64,000 nucleotides of DNA, taken from the human T2T-CHM13v2.0 reference genome, Homo sapiens. Under the pieces are notes generated by a model. The model searched no databases. It was not told the DNA's origin and was given only the letters and a program-made list of their open reading frames with translations. Below are positions 23,301 through 38,261 of this stretch, one piece after another; positions within the stretch are counted from its first letter, which is position 1; the number at the start of each line of letters is the position of its first letter. The DNA is taken from the NCBI RefSeq assembly GCF_009914755.1, contig NC_060927.1, one strand, 5' to 3'. The position numbers and the translations under genes were made by a program.

Positions 23301-25453
23301 ATTACCGTAAGTTATTTATTTTGTCAAAATGATGACTCAGAAATTTTAGAAAGCAAAAACCTTTTATAACCCTTTACAGATTTAGCTAAAGAGCAGATTG
23401 GTGCCTTAAGAGAACCTTGTTGTGCTTTTATTTCAATGCTCAATTTATGGAAAAGCCATATAATACCCTTTTGAATTTAATCAGTATGTTCACACAAGGA
23501 ATTTTTTTTTGCAAGATCAATTTTTACAATCCTTCCACTACTTGTTTACACATTTAGCTTTATCTTATCTAATTCAAAACAGTCCTTTAACCCTAGGCAA
23601 AAATGTACATTTTGATGACATCTGCATTTTACCAATAATTTTTAAGGCTGTTTTTATTTCTCAAAGATTAAAGTCATGTGAACTAAAAGGTACCACAGCT
23701 CTTCTTTCCTTTAAAAAATATTTGATCTAAGTGCTTATTTTCCTTTAGGCCAATTAATTAGAACTCTTGTTTATAGAGATCACACACACAACACATACAT
23801 AACTACACAGCCAGAAGAAGATCCAGTAGCTGTAAGATTTTCTGTTCACCAATTTCGTAACTGGACAATTAGCCTCTCAGTGGGGCCCTTTAAGAGCAGG
23901 GCTAGGAAAGCATGTAGTTTCTAGGGCCTAGTAAACAGGTATAGCTAGAAGACAAAAACAGATTTTGAGAGGGATCCATCCACCTCTAATTCCTGGGGCT
24001 CCATTAGGAAAACAAAGGTCTCTCCCAAAATGGAATCCATGGAGACTTTTCTATTTTTCCCAAGGAGTCTCAGGCCATCAGAAATTATCTTAGGGCCCCT
24101 CATGCATGCATTAAGAGGGGCAAGACAAAATGGAGAAAAAGAATTCAGTTGACTGAGAAAAAAACCTTTACCCAGCAAAATAAGATCTAAGAAGAGAAAA
24201 ACATAAAGGTCTTTTAAATATACTTATAACTTGGATATCCACTTTCAATTAAGCTGAGCGCTTTTTAAGAAAATCCTTTTGAGTCCCTTATTACCCGACA
24301 TTAGCCATGCAAAGTGGCCAGTATTTCTGACTTCCAAACTTTACCAAAGGTAACTTCCCAGGTGCTCAGAGAAAGGAAAATTCAAGGTGGTTCATGGAGG
24401 GAAAGAGAATCAACAAATAGCTAAGGTCACACAGATATCAAACCAGAAAGGACTCATTCCTTAAGCCAGGATTGAATCCAGGCCACCATTGTAAAATGGC
24501 AGAGGCTAAAACAAAGCACTGGGCACGTGGTTACAGGCCGTGCTTCCAAGGACATAAAACAAGATGGAGGCCTGCAGCAAAGTTTGCCATTAACCAGTTT
24601 GCCGGGCTGGTTTGAACAGTGGACCTATGGAGTCCTATGCCAGCATCCCATCCTAAGGTACCCCTCTTTCTGACAGAGCCATACAGAAAGACATGGAAAG
24701 CACACCAGCTTGGTTACAGCTTAAGACCAACCTCACAAATCCTTTTTCATAATTGAAACCTTACAGAGAATATAAACAGTGATAGTTGGGGTCTTGGCCT
24801 AGTAAAACATCTTAAAAAAAAAAAAAACAACAACAAAGCCTCTCACATAAAAGTTAATCTCTGGTGGAAAAAAGAAAAAAAAACTTTAAATGCAGGGCTT
24901 GAAAGATGCCTGAAAGGAGAACCTCTTATTCTTATGCAAATGAGTTTTTGCAGCAGGGAGAGAAATCTTTAATTGCTGTTTCTTCCCTGGGGCTTGAACC
25001 TAGCTGGGCCCCTTGGCTAGGGGAGGGGAGGACTCTGTGGGCATGTGGCGGGAAACCCTGGCCAGCCAGCCAAGTGGGGCCCTTGGGCCATGCACCCCAG
25101 CCCCACCCAGAAGGGGAGGGATGCAAGGAACTGCCACTCGCCCCACTTGCCTGTCCATCCTACGCATGAGCCTGCAGCCACTGGGTTGCGGGTAGAACAC
25201 CCCCAACATTGTAGAAGAAAAGATAGGTGCCATTACAGTCTCAAAAAAAAGAAGGAAAATGCCACAGAAAGGCTGGGTTGGAATGAGGCCAACATTCCCT
25301 ACCCCTGAGAGCGATGAGGGGTAGAAGGGGGCACAGTTTCCTCTATTCTCAGAAGAAGTCCGAGGACAAGAAGCCTCAGAAACAAGAGGGAAAAATATTT
25401 TTTGGTTCACATTTTACTCACCTTTACTCATGTTCTTATATGGGCCACCAAAA

Positions 25454-25871
25454 TGATGCAGGATTTTTTGGTCCTTAGCTCAGCTAAAATCCAGGTTCTT
25501 GTCGCATGACCAGGAAAGATTAGGCACATGGATACATTGAAAGGTGAGAAGAGCAGAATTTATTAAAAGAACGCTCTCAATGAAAAAAGGAGGTCCTGCG
25601 AACAGGCTCCCACCTCACAGATTGAATACCAGGCCACAACACACCAGCTGAAGAGGCCAGGCTTCTCTCCCTGCATAAGGCACAAATTCCTAGTGGTTCC
25701 ACCCCATTCTCCCAGTGTGCATGTGGGCCCTTAGTCTGAGCCACTCCATATTGATTTATTTCCCTTACTGTGCATGTGTTGAGGGATGGAATTTTTCACC
25801 GTGGGCAGGTTTAGGCAAGCCCCCTGTGCACAATGACCTGGGCAGCATTTGACTGTCTCCTGTCTCTATCA
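25454..25871 (-). mobile_element. 5' LTR (418 bp) of the provirus
   Basis: Adjacent to the PBS; minus-strand AATAAA present; carries the p53-type element. Confidence 0.85.
25803..25822. promoter_or_regulatory. p53 response element-like site, 19/20 match, no spacer
   Basis: GGGCAGGTTT-AGGCAAGCCC versus RRRCWWGYYY x2; the single mismatch is in the first core (CAGG). Confidence 0.6.
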
Positions 25872-26072
25872 CCATGAGACTAGGTGTTACAACCAGTAAT
25901 GGGTTGGGATAGAATGAGAATAGGATCAAGGCCTGGGCTGTGGAGCACAGCATTGTTAAAGTCAGGGATCTGAGGAGGCTGAATGTAGCAGGCAACCCAG
26001 GAACATGTTAGAGAAGAATAGGATTTCCATATTACAATTTAAATGACCTTTAATAACTTTTTTTTTTTCTAG

Positions 26073-26115
26073 CTGAGTTACGCAGCGTGACAAATGGTCA
26101 GTCTAACCAACCAAG
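26073..26115 (+). CDS. KIF15: KIF15 exon 2 (TELRSVTNGQSNQP)
   Basis: Poly-T CTAG acceptor, AAG|GTAAGG donor; 43 nt, phase fits exons 1 and 3. Confidence 0.92.
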
Positions 26116-26467
26116 GTAAGGAGAAAAATATTCTCAATGAGCTCCCAAAGGACTAGGGATGGAATATTTTTAAAATAACCATTTAGCATAGTAAAGAGTA
26201 CTTATTTCAAAATTTAACTTAGTCCTCAACCAGCTGGAAATGTGGGAAAACTGCATATTACCTCTGCCCTCTCACTTTCCAGGCAAAATGATAGAATCAA
26301 TAGCATAATTCTCCTTGGGAATGACTTATTTATTATTGCTAGTAAGAGGGAAATGAGAGACAAGCACTACTTGGAACTCCATGCAATGAACACACACTCC
26401 CTTTGAGTTCAAGTAAAGGGATGTGAAGGTGCCTATTGTGAAGTAAATCAGTAAAAGGTATAGGTCA

Positions 26468-26776
<309 letters not shown>

Positions 26777-26931
26777 TCAAAAAAAAAAAGAGGTAAATTT
26801 GTATGGGATATGTCTTGGGCTTTGTTGGAGAAACTCATTATAGAAACATTATAGGCAATATGAGACTTGGATCCTTTTTCAGTTTTCTTCTTCAATAAAC
26901 TGAACTGTTACTTTCTTTTTTTTGTCTTTAG

Positions 26932-27115
26932 TAATGAAGGTGATGCCATCAAAGTTTTTGTGCGAATTCGTCCTCCTGCAGAAAGATCTGGGTCAGCTGA
27001 TGGAGAGCAGAACTTATGCTTATCTGTGCTGTCCTCCACGAGTCTCCGGCTGCACTCCAACCCTGAGCCCAAGACCTTCACGTTTGATCATGTTGCAGAT
27101 GTGGATACCACTCAG
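26932..27115 (+). CDS. KIF15: KIF15 exon 3 (SNEGDAIKVFVRIRP...FTFDHVADVDTTQ), start of motor domain
   Basis: Kinesin VRIRP and FTFD motifs; TAG acceptor, CAG|GTAATG donor; 184 nt. Confidence 0.97.
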
Positions 27116-27129
27116 GTAATGATAATTAG

Positions 27130-27291
<162 letters not shown>

Positions 27292-27568
27292 TAGCTAATT
27301 TTTGTATTTTTAGTAGAGATGGGGTTTCACCATGTTGGCCAGGATGGTCTTGATCTCTCGACCTTGTGATCTGCCCGCCTCAGCCTCCCAAAGTGCTGGG
27401 ATTACAGGTGTGAGCCACCTCGCTGGAAACTTTACTTTTTACCTGGAACATATAAGCCTCCAAATTTCATTTCTTGGCCAGGCGTGGTGGCTCATGCCTG
27501 TGATCCCAGCACTTTGGGAAGCTGAGGGGGCAAATCATGAGGTCAGGAGATCGAGATCATCCTGGCTA

Positions 27569-27796
<228 letters not shown>

Positions 27797-27814
27797 TTAA
27801 TTTCATCCGTCTCA

Positions 27815-28090
<276 letters not shown>

Positions 28091-29791
28091 CTATCTCTTA
28101 AAAAAAAAAAAAAAAGATCTGTGATGTTCATTGTAGTAGCCATTAGTTATATGTGGCTATTTAGATTTAAATTAATTAAATAAAACTTGAAAGTCAGTTC
28201 CTCATATACACTAGTCATATTAAAAGTGTGGCTCATGCGTCTGAGGCACTGGAGGTTAGTGAAGATGCACTTTTTGGAGCCAGTGGATGATTGAGAAGTA
28301 CTGTTGAACTGCCTAATCTAAGGATTTAGGATTACCGTGATGTCAACAACTGCTTTTCTAATTAAGGTCAACTTAATTAAGACCTAGTTAGTGCTATCCA
28401 ATGGAACTTTCTGCAGTGATGGAAATGTTCTGTATCTGTGCTGTCTGTTACAATAGCCTCTAGCCAAATGTGACTATATGAGTTTAAATTAATTAAAATT
28501 AAATCAAATTTAAAATTCAGTGCCTCAGATGCACTAGTCACATGTGGCTCCTGAGCACTTTTAATATGGTTAGTGTGTATGAAGAACTGGCTTTTAAGTT
28601 TCGTTCAATTAATTTAAATCTAAATAGCTACATATAACTGATGGCTACTATACTGAACATCACAGATTTTTTTTTTTTTTTTTTTTTTGTAAGAGATGGT
28701 GTCTTGCTTTGTTGCCAAGGCTGGAGTGCACAAATAATCCTCCTGCTTAGCCTCCCAAGTAGCTGTGATTACAGGCATATGCCACTATGCTTGGCTAATT
28801 TTTTTTTCATTCCAGGATAAATCTCAGTTATGCCAAGCTAAATTTTAAATTTTTTGTAGAGATGGAGTCTTACTATGTTCCCTAGGCTGGTCTCGAACTC
28901 CTGGCCTCAAGCAGTCCTCCCATCTTGGCTTCCCTAAGTGCTAGGATTACAGGTGTGAGCCACTTCATGCAGCCCATCACAGATCTTAAGTATTCCCTTA
29001 TACATATGGATGTTTTTGGGCCAACATTTAGATCTTTGGATCTTTTTTTTATGTGGAGCATCGCTGGCCAATAGATAAGTAAAACGAGGACTGGGTGCTG
29101 TGGCTCACGCCTGTAATCCCAGCACTTTGGGAGGTGGAGGTGGGCGGATCACGAGGTCAGGAGTTTGAGACTAGCCTGACTAACATGGTGAAACCCCGTT
29201 TCTACTAAAAATAAAAAATTAGCCAGGCATGGTGGTGTGCACCTGTAGTCCCAGCTACACAGGAGGCTGAGGCAGGAGAATTGCTTGAACCTGGGAGGCG
29301 GAAGTTTCAGTGAGCCGAGATTGCGCCATTGCACTAAAGGCGACAGAGTGAGACTCCATCTCAAAAATAAATAAAAATAAACAGTGTAGGGTTGGGAGTT
29401 CTTGCATTTGTAGTAAGACTGCATCTCCTTGTAGGTAAAAATGAAAATAAAATGGAGGTATTGACTGTTCAGTGCAAACTTATGAGAAAAATCACTGAAG
29501 AAGATGTACAGCCGTTTATTTATGCTAGTACCAGTACAATATCTACATGCAATATGCTCTACAAAATTCTGTATAAAGTTTAGTTGTGTGCTTTAAATCT
29601 ATAGGTGTATAGGAGATTAATAGATGTAATTATGTGTAAAGTTGAATCATCTTAGATAGTTTAGCCTTTTTTCTGTAGTGGATGTTATCCATGTTATTAC
29701 TAAGCAATTTTTGCTGTTACATTGTAGAATGCAATTTAGGAAAAATGTTTTCATTTTTATGATATGTTAACATGTTTGGTTACATTTGTAG

Positions 29792-29868
29792 GAATCTGTA
29801 TTCGCAACTGTGGCTAAAAGCATTGTGGAGTCTTGCATGAGCGGTTATAATGGTACCATCTTTGCATA
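29792..29868 (+). CDS. KIF15: KIF15 exon 4 (ESVFATVAKSIVESCMSGYNGTIFAY)
   Basis: Kinesin GYNGTIFAY motif; TAG acceptor, TA|GTAAGT donor; 77 nt. Confidence 0.96.
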
Positions 29869-31402
29869 GTAAGTTGTTGACTGTGTCCTTATACATAGTA
29901 CATGCTTGAATTATTTTCCTGTTGCTGTTGTAACAAATTACCACAAACGTAGTGGCTTAAAACAACACAAATGTATTATGTTACAGTTCTGTAAGTGAAA
30001 AGTTCAACATGGGTCTCTCACAGGTAAAATCAAGGCGTCAGCAGGGATGCAATTCTTTTGGCAGCCTTGTTGCTTTCTGGAAAATTTGTTTCTTTGCCTT
30101 TTTCAGCTGCTAGAGGCCACCCACATTACTTAGCTTACAGCCCTGTTTATCTTCAAAACCAACAACATGTAACTCTTTGACTCTTCTTCCTTAGTCACAC
30201 CTCCCTCTGACAGCAGCTAAAAAAGGTTTTCTGATTTTAGGGACTAATGATTAGATTGGCCCCTCCTGGCTATCAAGGTAGCAGGGATTACACTCCAAGG
30301 TAGAGGAGTAGTGTAGAGCAGAGTATCTGTCTATCTATATATATATAACTTTTTTTTGTAAGAAAGTTTGTCCAGCCAGGCGTGGTGGCTCACGCCTGTA
30401 ATCCTAGCACTTTGGGAGGCTGAGGTGGATGGGTCACTGGAGTTCAGGAGTTCAAGACCAGTCAGGCCAACATGGTGAGACCCCCGTCTCTACTAAAAAT
30501 ACAAAAAAAATAGCTGGATGTGGTAGTGGTCGCCTGTAGTCCCAGCTACTTGGGAGGCTGAGGCAGGAATCACTTGAACCCAGGAGGCAGAGGTTGCAGT
30601 GAGCCGAGATTGCACCACTGCACTCCAGCCTGGGTGACAGGGCGAGACTCCGCCTCAAAAAAAAAAAAAAAAAAAAAAAACCAAAACAAAAAAGAAAGAT
30701 TTGTCTGTTTTCCACATTTATTCAATTCTTTATATGTTATGGATATGCATTTATTTTATTCTTTAGGTTATAATCCAGTACTAAAAATTATTTACCTTGT
30801 TGTTCTTGTTGTTCCAGCTTTGCCCAATGGGCCCTCCTTGAGGTTGGTTTTTGTGTCCCTTTGCTATAGCTCATCCTTTTGTTTTTTGAGCCCCTTCTTA
30901 CTTTATGATGCTACAAGATGCTCTGGGCTCATCTTGTGTTTTCCCTGACCTACGCCTAGAATCAGCCATTTCACCAATGAACCCTAATTCCTTTTATTGG
31001 AGCATGGTATTTAGAAACCAAGATCTGGGCGCTAGGTGTGTTTGGTTTGTTGCTATTGGAATGCCATTGCTTCTAGGCCTTCTCAGCAGACAGAGCTAGG
31101 TAATACATGGCAGGGTGGGTATACTGTCTGGTTTACTGAGGACAATACCAATTGTCAAGTAATTATTAGTAGTGTCCTCTTCACTCTCAAGTGCCTGTTT
31201 GGACAATAATCTATAGGATTACCCTATTTGTGGCTGGGCACGGTGGCTCACACCTGTAATCCCAGCACTTTGGGGGGCCGAGGTGCGTGGATCACGAGGT
31301 CAGGAGTTCAAGACCAGCCTGGCCAAGATGGTGAAACCCCATCTCTACTAAAAATACAAAAAATTAGCCGGGCGTGGTGGCAGATGCCTGTAGTCCCAGC
31401 TA

Positions 31403-31558
<156 letters not shown>

Positions 31559-32561
31559 TCATTCTGAGTTACTAAAGAATTTTTTTCCCTCTTTTCTTCC
31601 AGAAGAAGGGGGTAAAAAACTATAGCATACTGTTTTCTAGTTTTGGGGGGCATTTAATGAAAAAGTAAATCCAAAATTTTCTGTTTTTGCTGTGAATCTA
31701 AGCTAAAGTCTTTTGATATCTTGATTAACATCTTTAAAATACAACTTTTTTTTTTTTTTTTTTTTTAAAAAAGATGGAGTCTTGTTATGTTGCCCAGTCC
31801 TGGAGTGCAGTGGCTATCCACAGCTGTGATTCTAGTGCACCACAGCCTGGAACTCCTGGGCTCAAGCCATCTTTCTACTTCAGCCTCCTCAGTAGCTGGA
31901 ACTGCCTGGCTTCAACGTTTTTACTTTTAGTTTTTTGTTACTCTTGTTTCTGTTAAGTGGGATAACAGGAGAGATGACATTGCACAAAAACCTATAGCAT
32001 AAGAATTTTTTTATTGCTTTATATTTAAATGAAGAGATTTTAGTATCTTTTAAAGACAAAGAATTTAGGAAAGGAAATGCTGTATTACTTGGCATAGCAA
32101 AAATTGGAAACAAAAGTTCATTTGATTCTGGTTAAATAAATTATGGTGCTGCAAGATGCTATATGATCCCAAAACCATGGAATACTGTGTAGCTATTAAA
32201 AATAATGAGGCAGACCTCTATTGCTGACCTAGGAAGATATCTGAGGTAAAATTAAGGGAAAAATAGGTTGCAAAGCAGTATGAAGAGCATCATCCCAATT
32301 TTGGTAAATAAAAATTAAATGAAAACTCTGATGGCTATGTTTGTGTAATATAGAAGCATTTGCCAATTAACAGCAGTTAGCTCTTTGTAGGGAGATTGGA
32401 GAGAAAGGAGGCAGATCATTCACTTTTTATCTAATAGAATTTAAAAATAGAAAGAAAATAAGCTAACTTTTTGTGGAGAAAACTTATACACTAGTATTAT
32501 AATAGGAGGAGTAGTCTTTTAATTTTATGTGTAAAAATAATATGTAAAACATTTTTTACAG

Positions 32562-32599
32562 TGGACAGACTGGCTCAGGGAAGACATTTACTATGATGG
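32562..32599 (+). CDS. KIF15: KIF15 exon 5, P-loop (GQTGSGKTFTMM)
   Basis: Walker A motif; CAG acceptor, G|GTAAGT donor; 38 nt. Confidence 0.96.
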
Positions 32600-34820
32600 G
32601 TAAGTAAAGATTAACTTTTGTTGGCTTAATCTACTCTTTCTGTGATAACAGTAACCTACAACATTTTGGGGAAAGGCATAATTTCTATATATGATGTTGA
32701 TCTCTTGAAATTAGGGAAATTCCCTAGGCTTCTGCCAAGTTGTGAGTTCTTTGCTAGCAAAGTCCATGTGTTAATCATGTTTGCAGCTATGTTTCCAGCT
32801 CAATGCCTGGCACAGAGTGGTGCTGAATAAACAGTTTTTCAGTAGGATTTAATGAATTCGTATATGTTTATACACCTGTATAACCACTAACCAGATCAAG
32901 ATTCCTGGTCAGTAACTACCAAACCCTGTCCCCTGGAATGCCAATTACTCTGATTTCTGTCATCATTAATATTGCTTGTTTTTGATCCTCTACAAATAAT
33001 ATTTTGTTGTGTATCTTTTGTTTCTGATGTCTTTTAGTGTTAAGTTTCTGCGATTCACTCATGTTGTTGCATGTAGTAGTAGTTTATTTCCATTACTGTA
33101 TAATATATTATCGTATGAATATACTACACATTTTCCAGTCTACTGTTGATAGACATTTGGATTATTTCAACTTTTCAACCATACGAATAATGTTGCTGTG
33201 AACATCTTTCTTGTGTCTTTTCAAATAATTTATGTTGGATATGTATCCAGGAGAATTGCTGGATCATAGGATATATGTATATTTAGCTTTAGTAGATTCT
33301 GCCCAACAGTTTCCCAAAGTGATTATCTCAGTAGTATATGGAAGTTCCAGTTGCTCCACTTCCTTATATATACTTGAAATTGTCAATTTAAAAAATTTTA
33401 GCCATTCTTGAGTATGTATAGTATTATCTTATTGTGTATTTATTTCTATTGACAACTGAATACCTTTCATAGGTTTAATTCGATATATCAATACCCTGTC
33501 TGTTGAAATGCCCATTCAAGCTTTTTTCTCCCATTTAAAAAATTAGCTTGACTTTTTCTTACTCATTTGTGGATATTCCTTATAAAACAGAGAAGTTAGC
33601 CTTTTGTCCATGATATGGATTCCAGATTTTTCTCTAGATTTTTCATTTGTCTTTTGACTTACTTAAGGTTTTTTTTTCTATGCTAAAGTTTTATTTTACA
33701 TGGCTGAATTTGTTTCTTTTCTTTTTCTTCTTTTTATTTTTTTTGAGACGGAGCCTGCCCCTGTCGCCTAGGCTAGAGTGCAGTGGTACAATCTTGGCTC
33801 ACTGCAACCTTTGCCTCCTGGGTTCAAGGCTATTCTCCAGCCTCAGCTTCCCAAGTAGCTGGGATTGCAGGCATGCGCCACCACACCCAGCTAATTTTTG
33901 TATATTTAGTAGAGACGGGGTGGGGGGCGCGTCTCACCATGTTGGCCAGGCTGGTCTCGAACTCCCGACCTCAAGTGATCCACCTGCCTCGGCCTCCCAA
34001 AGTGCTGGGATTACAGGCAGAAGCCACTGCACCTGGCTTCTTTTTCCTTAATGGCTTCTGAATTGTGAGTTGTAGTAAGAAAGGTCTTCCTCGCTCTCTG
34101 AGGTTATAACAACAACAACAACAAATAATTGAATACTTGTACTTACAGTATGCCCAGCACTCTTCAAGACACTGTTGGTTTACTTGAATACAAGGCAGTG
34201 TCCTGGCTCTTGTGGACCTTCTGATTCTCAGGCAGAGGGAATACACAATTAAAAGCAAATACACCTCTAGAAATTATGCCAAAGGTAATAAGTGCTATGA
34301 ATTAAAATAAAGCAATGTAAAGGGATGGAAAAAAGTAGAGGGTGCTATTTTAGGTGGTGGGTCAGGAAAGACCTCTCAGGAGGTGACCTTTGGAGTTATT
34401 AAGTGAAATGAGAGTGAACCATGAGACTGTCCAAGAGAATAATCTTACAGGCAGAGGAACAGCAGTTGCACAGGCCCTGAGGTGGGTGCACACCCAAGGA
34501 TGTTTGAAGACCAGCAGAAGACCCACTGAGAGTGGAGTTTTCCAGGATAAGGGGCTGGTAGCATGGGAAGTCGGAGCTATACCCTAGGCCAGGTCATATA
34601 GGCCTGGTGAGGATTTTGGATTTTGTTTTGAATATGATGTGACATTATTGGAAGTGTTCTTTTTTAAAATAAACAAATAGGAAGTACATGATCTGATATT
34701 AAAAGGATTACTCAGGCAGCTAAATGGAATAAAGACGATTAGGGGATAGAGCGGGATTAGGAGATACTGCAGTGGGTTAGGCAAGAGATGATGAAGGTAA
34801 TTAAAGATTTGTTGAATCTT

Positions 34821-35263
34821 TGTCTTAGTCTATTTGTGTTGCTGTAAAGGAATACCTGAGGCTGGGTAATTTATAAAGAAAAGAGGTTTACTTGGCTCAC
34901 AGTTCTGCAGGTCATAGAGGAAGCATGGCACCAGCATCTGCTCGGCTTCTGGTGAGGGCCTCATGCTGCTTCAACTCATGGCAGAAGACAAAGGGGAATG
35001 GGCATGCAGGGATTACATGGTGAGAGAGGAAAGTGAGAGAGAGAGAGAGACAAAGAGAGAGAGAGATGAGGAGGTGCCAGGCTCTCTCCAACAACTAGTT
35101 CTCTTGGGAAATAAGAGAACTCACTCCCATGAGAATGGCACCAAGCCTTTCATGAGGGGTTGTGCCCCCCACACTCCATGACCCAAAAATGTCCCAGCAG
35201 GCGACACCTCCAACAGTGGGGATCAAATTTCAACATGAGAATTGGGGCAAAACATACTATATC
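34821..35263. mobile_element. MST-type MaLR solo LTR
   Basis: TGTCTTAGTC...GAATACCTGAGGCTGGGTAATTTATAAAGAAAAGAGGTTT...AAATTTCAACATGAG...TATCA. Confidence 0.85.
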
Positions 35264-35858
35264 AAATTGATCTTTATATAATATATTCTTCAATGGGAAA
35301 ATGATGTAAAATTATCTACATGTTCTAATATTCATTCTCTTTATTTACTTGCATTTTTCTACCTCTGTTATATATTTCTTAAGCTACAGATTACAAGGAC
35401 CATTTTAAATATTCCAGGTGTGGTACAAGGCCTTCTACCAAAGACAACTATTATATTTTAAAATTTATTCTCTATTTTTCTTGTGCATGTCAGCATTTTG
35501 TTAGTTCCTTTGGTCTCTAAGGCATACTTCACCAATATTTTGATTGTTAAATAGATCTAGATCTTTTCTAGCTATATATACTTTTCTGGTAAATATTGCT
35601 ATAACTTGAATTAGAATTCCTTAGAATCCTGCTATTTGCATATCCACTCTTCCTTTTCCCAGTGTAACAAAATAGAGACTCTGCATTTTTCTGTCTATGT
35701 GGAAATCTTGTAAGATATTCTTACAGTACTTTTCTTACCAGCTTGGCTTTTATTGCCTAATTTTAAAAAAATCAACTAGCTAATCCTGATTTTTAGTACT
35801 TAATGTGTTTAAAGCACTAACATGGCTCTAAGTGCTTTACCTTTACACTCTCAGTTAA

Positions 35859-36086
<228 letters not shown>

Positions 36087-36531
36087 TGATCCGCCCGCCT
36101 CAGCTTCCCAAAGTGCTGGGATTACAAGCGTGAGCCACTGCGCCTGGCCTCTCAGTTAATTCTTTCCAATAACCCTATGTGATATTTATTACCATTATTA
36201 TCCCCATTTTATAATTGAGAACTCTGCAGCTTAAGAGGGATTTAGTAATTAGCCTATGGTCACACAGTATGGGGCCAAGGCCTGGAGCACAGGTCAGTCT
36301 ATGAGACCAAATGTGCTGCAATAAAGGACAATTATTTGATATTCCTGCAGATTTTGGTACCTGGCAGTTGGAAAAATTTCAGTTTCTCTCACAGACCTAG
36401 ATTTAACTTGCTTGGAGCACAAGTAGGAAACTGATTGTATGGTGTATCATCTAATTTCTGTGTAAATTGCCATTTTGAAAGACTCTTGGAATAGAATAAA
36501 AATCCAGTGTTTTTTTTTTTCATTTTTTTAG

Positions 36532-36629
36532 GACCATCTGAATCTGATAATTTTTCTCATAACCTGAGAGGAGTAATCCCACGAAGTTTTGAATATTTGT
36601 TTTCCTTAATTGATCGTGAAAAAGAAAAG
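36532..36629 (+). CDS. KIF15: KIF15 exon 6 (GPSESDNFSHNLRGVIPRSFEYLFSLIDREKEK)
   Basis: GVIPR motif; TAG acceptor, AAG|GTAAAA donor; 98 nt. Confidence 0.95.
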
Positions 36630-37715
36630 GTAAAACAATGTAAAAATAAAGTGGTTCTATGAAATGTCTAATTTTGAATAGGTAGCTACTGATAATTAGC
36701 TCATGATACATGGTGGAGCATGGATGGTACTCTACAATATGAATAGACTAGCGTGGCATAAAAAAAAACCTTTCAATTCTGAGGATAATATTAAGGATTC
36801 TGAGTTGTTTTATCTCAACTGAGTTTTTAGTTTATAAAACATGCATTATCCTTTATCCCAAATTGCTGGTTTACAAGAAAGGAAAATAGTGCTTCTGAGG
36901 CTCTCAAAAAAAGATTTTGTAAGAGAGAAACTGTAAAGAAAATCTCAACTGAGGAAAACAGATACATTAATACACTAAGCCTAATCATCTACCTGTACCT
37001 AGGCTCACAGGTGACTGCAGGTGTCCCTAAATCCTCATGACATCCAGCAGTGATGGACTCATCCTCACCACCTTTGTAGCACCTGCTACTGCCTTCCATG
37101 ATCTTTGTGCTCCACATGTGGTATGGCTCCATCACCCTGGGGATATGGTCTTTCCTCTTGCATTGGCTCCCAGGTTGGGCCTTCTCACAGTTGTGCTGAT
37201 TTAGCTTGGTGAATTCGGGGCTTAGAACCATTAGTGTTTTATGTTCCATTACTTGTGTACCAAAGAAATATATAACATTGGTTTACCATTTACTCCTTTG
37301 CAGAAATCACCTAACACTGAAATTAGACACACAAATTGTATGGCAGTGAAATAATTTAGTACCATGCATTTCTATGGTTAAAAATCCTATAAAGTCTTTT
37401 AAAATAAATTATTTTCAATCGTTTGAAGAACATAACACTTGCTTCAAATAAAACTTTATGAGGACATCAAATATATAAGACAGACAAAAATGGAATTTCC
37501 CAACTGGACTGCTCAATTCTCCTCCCCCTGTATTAGCTCCCAGGCACCTGTGGAGGCCTCTAGGGTGCCTGGCACCACAGTTTGATGCAGCTCTAAAATA
37601 TAATGATGTGTTAAAACTAGTTATCAGCTGAGCACGGTGGCTCACGCCTGTAATCCCAGCACTTTGGGAGGCCGAGGCAAATCACGAGGTCAGGAGATCG
37701 AGACCATCCTGGCTA

Positions 37716-37922
<207 letters not shown>

Positions 37923-38081
37923 TTATCTAGATTTTTTTTACTTTTAGGTATCTTATATTGTATTAAAGGATAATAGCATAGGAAATTCACATCTTGTGAA
38001 GCGAGTGCAAAATTAATGCTCATGAAAACTAGGTATGAACACATGAAAATAATGTATCTAAATGAGGCTTCTTTTTTACAG

Positions 38082-38261
38082 GCTGGAGCTGGAAAGAGTT
38101 TCCTTTGTAAGTGTTCCTTTATTGAAATCTACAACGAGCAGATATATGATCTACTGGACTCTGCATCGGCTGGACTGTACTTAAGGGAGCATATCAAGAA
38201 GGGAGTCTTTGTTGTTGGTGCGGTGGAGCAGGTGGTAACCTCAGCTGCTGAAGCCTATCAG
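38082..38261 (+). CDS. KIF15: KIF15 exon 7 (AGAGKSFLCKCSFIEIYNEQIYDLL...AEAYQ)
   Basis: EIYNE/DLL motif; CAG acceptor, CAG|GTACCC donor; 180 nt. Confidence 0.96.

Noticed and set aside
24906-25410. Overlapping ORFs (up to 136 aa) in the provirus leader as gag
   Set aside because: No gag or pol motifs; GC-rich leader of a non-coding MER4-group element.
25433-25450. tRNA-like 3' end (GGGCCACCA on the plus strand)
   Set aside because: It is the complement of the retroviral primer-binding site, not a tRNA gene.
36630-36660. AATAAA just downstream of the exon 6 donor (also after exons 13 and 17) as intronic poly(A) sites
   Set aside because: The hexamer is common in AT-rich introns and no convincing downstream elements were seen.
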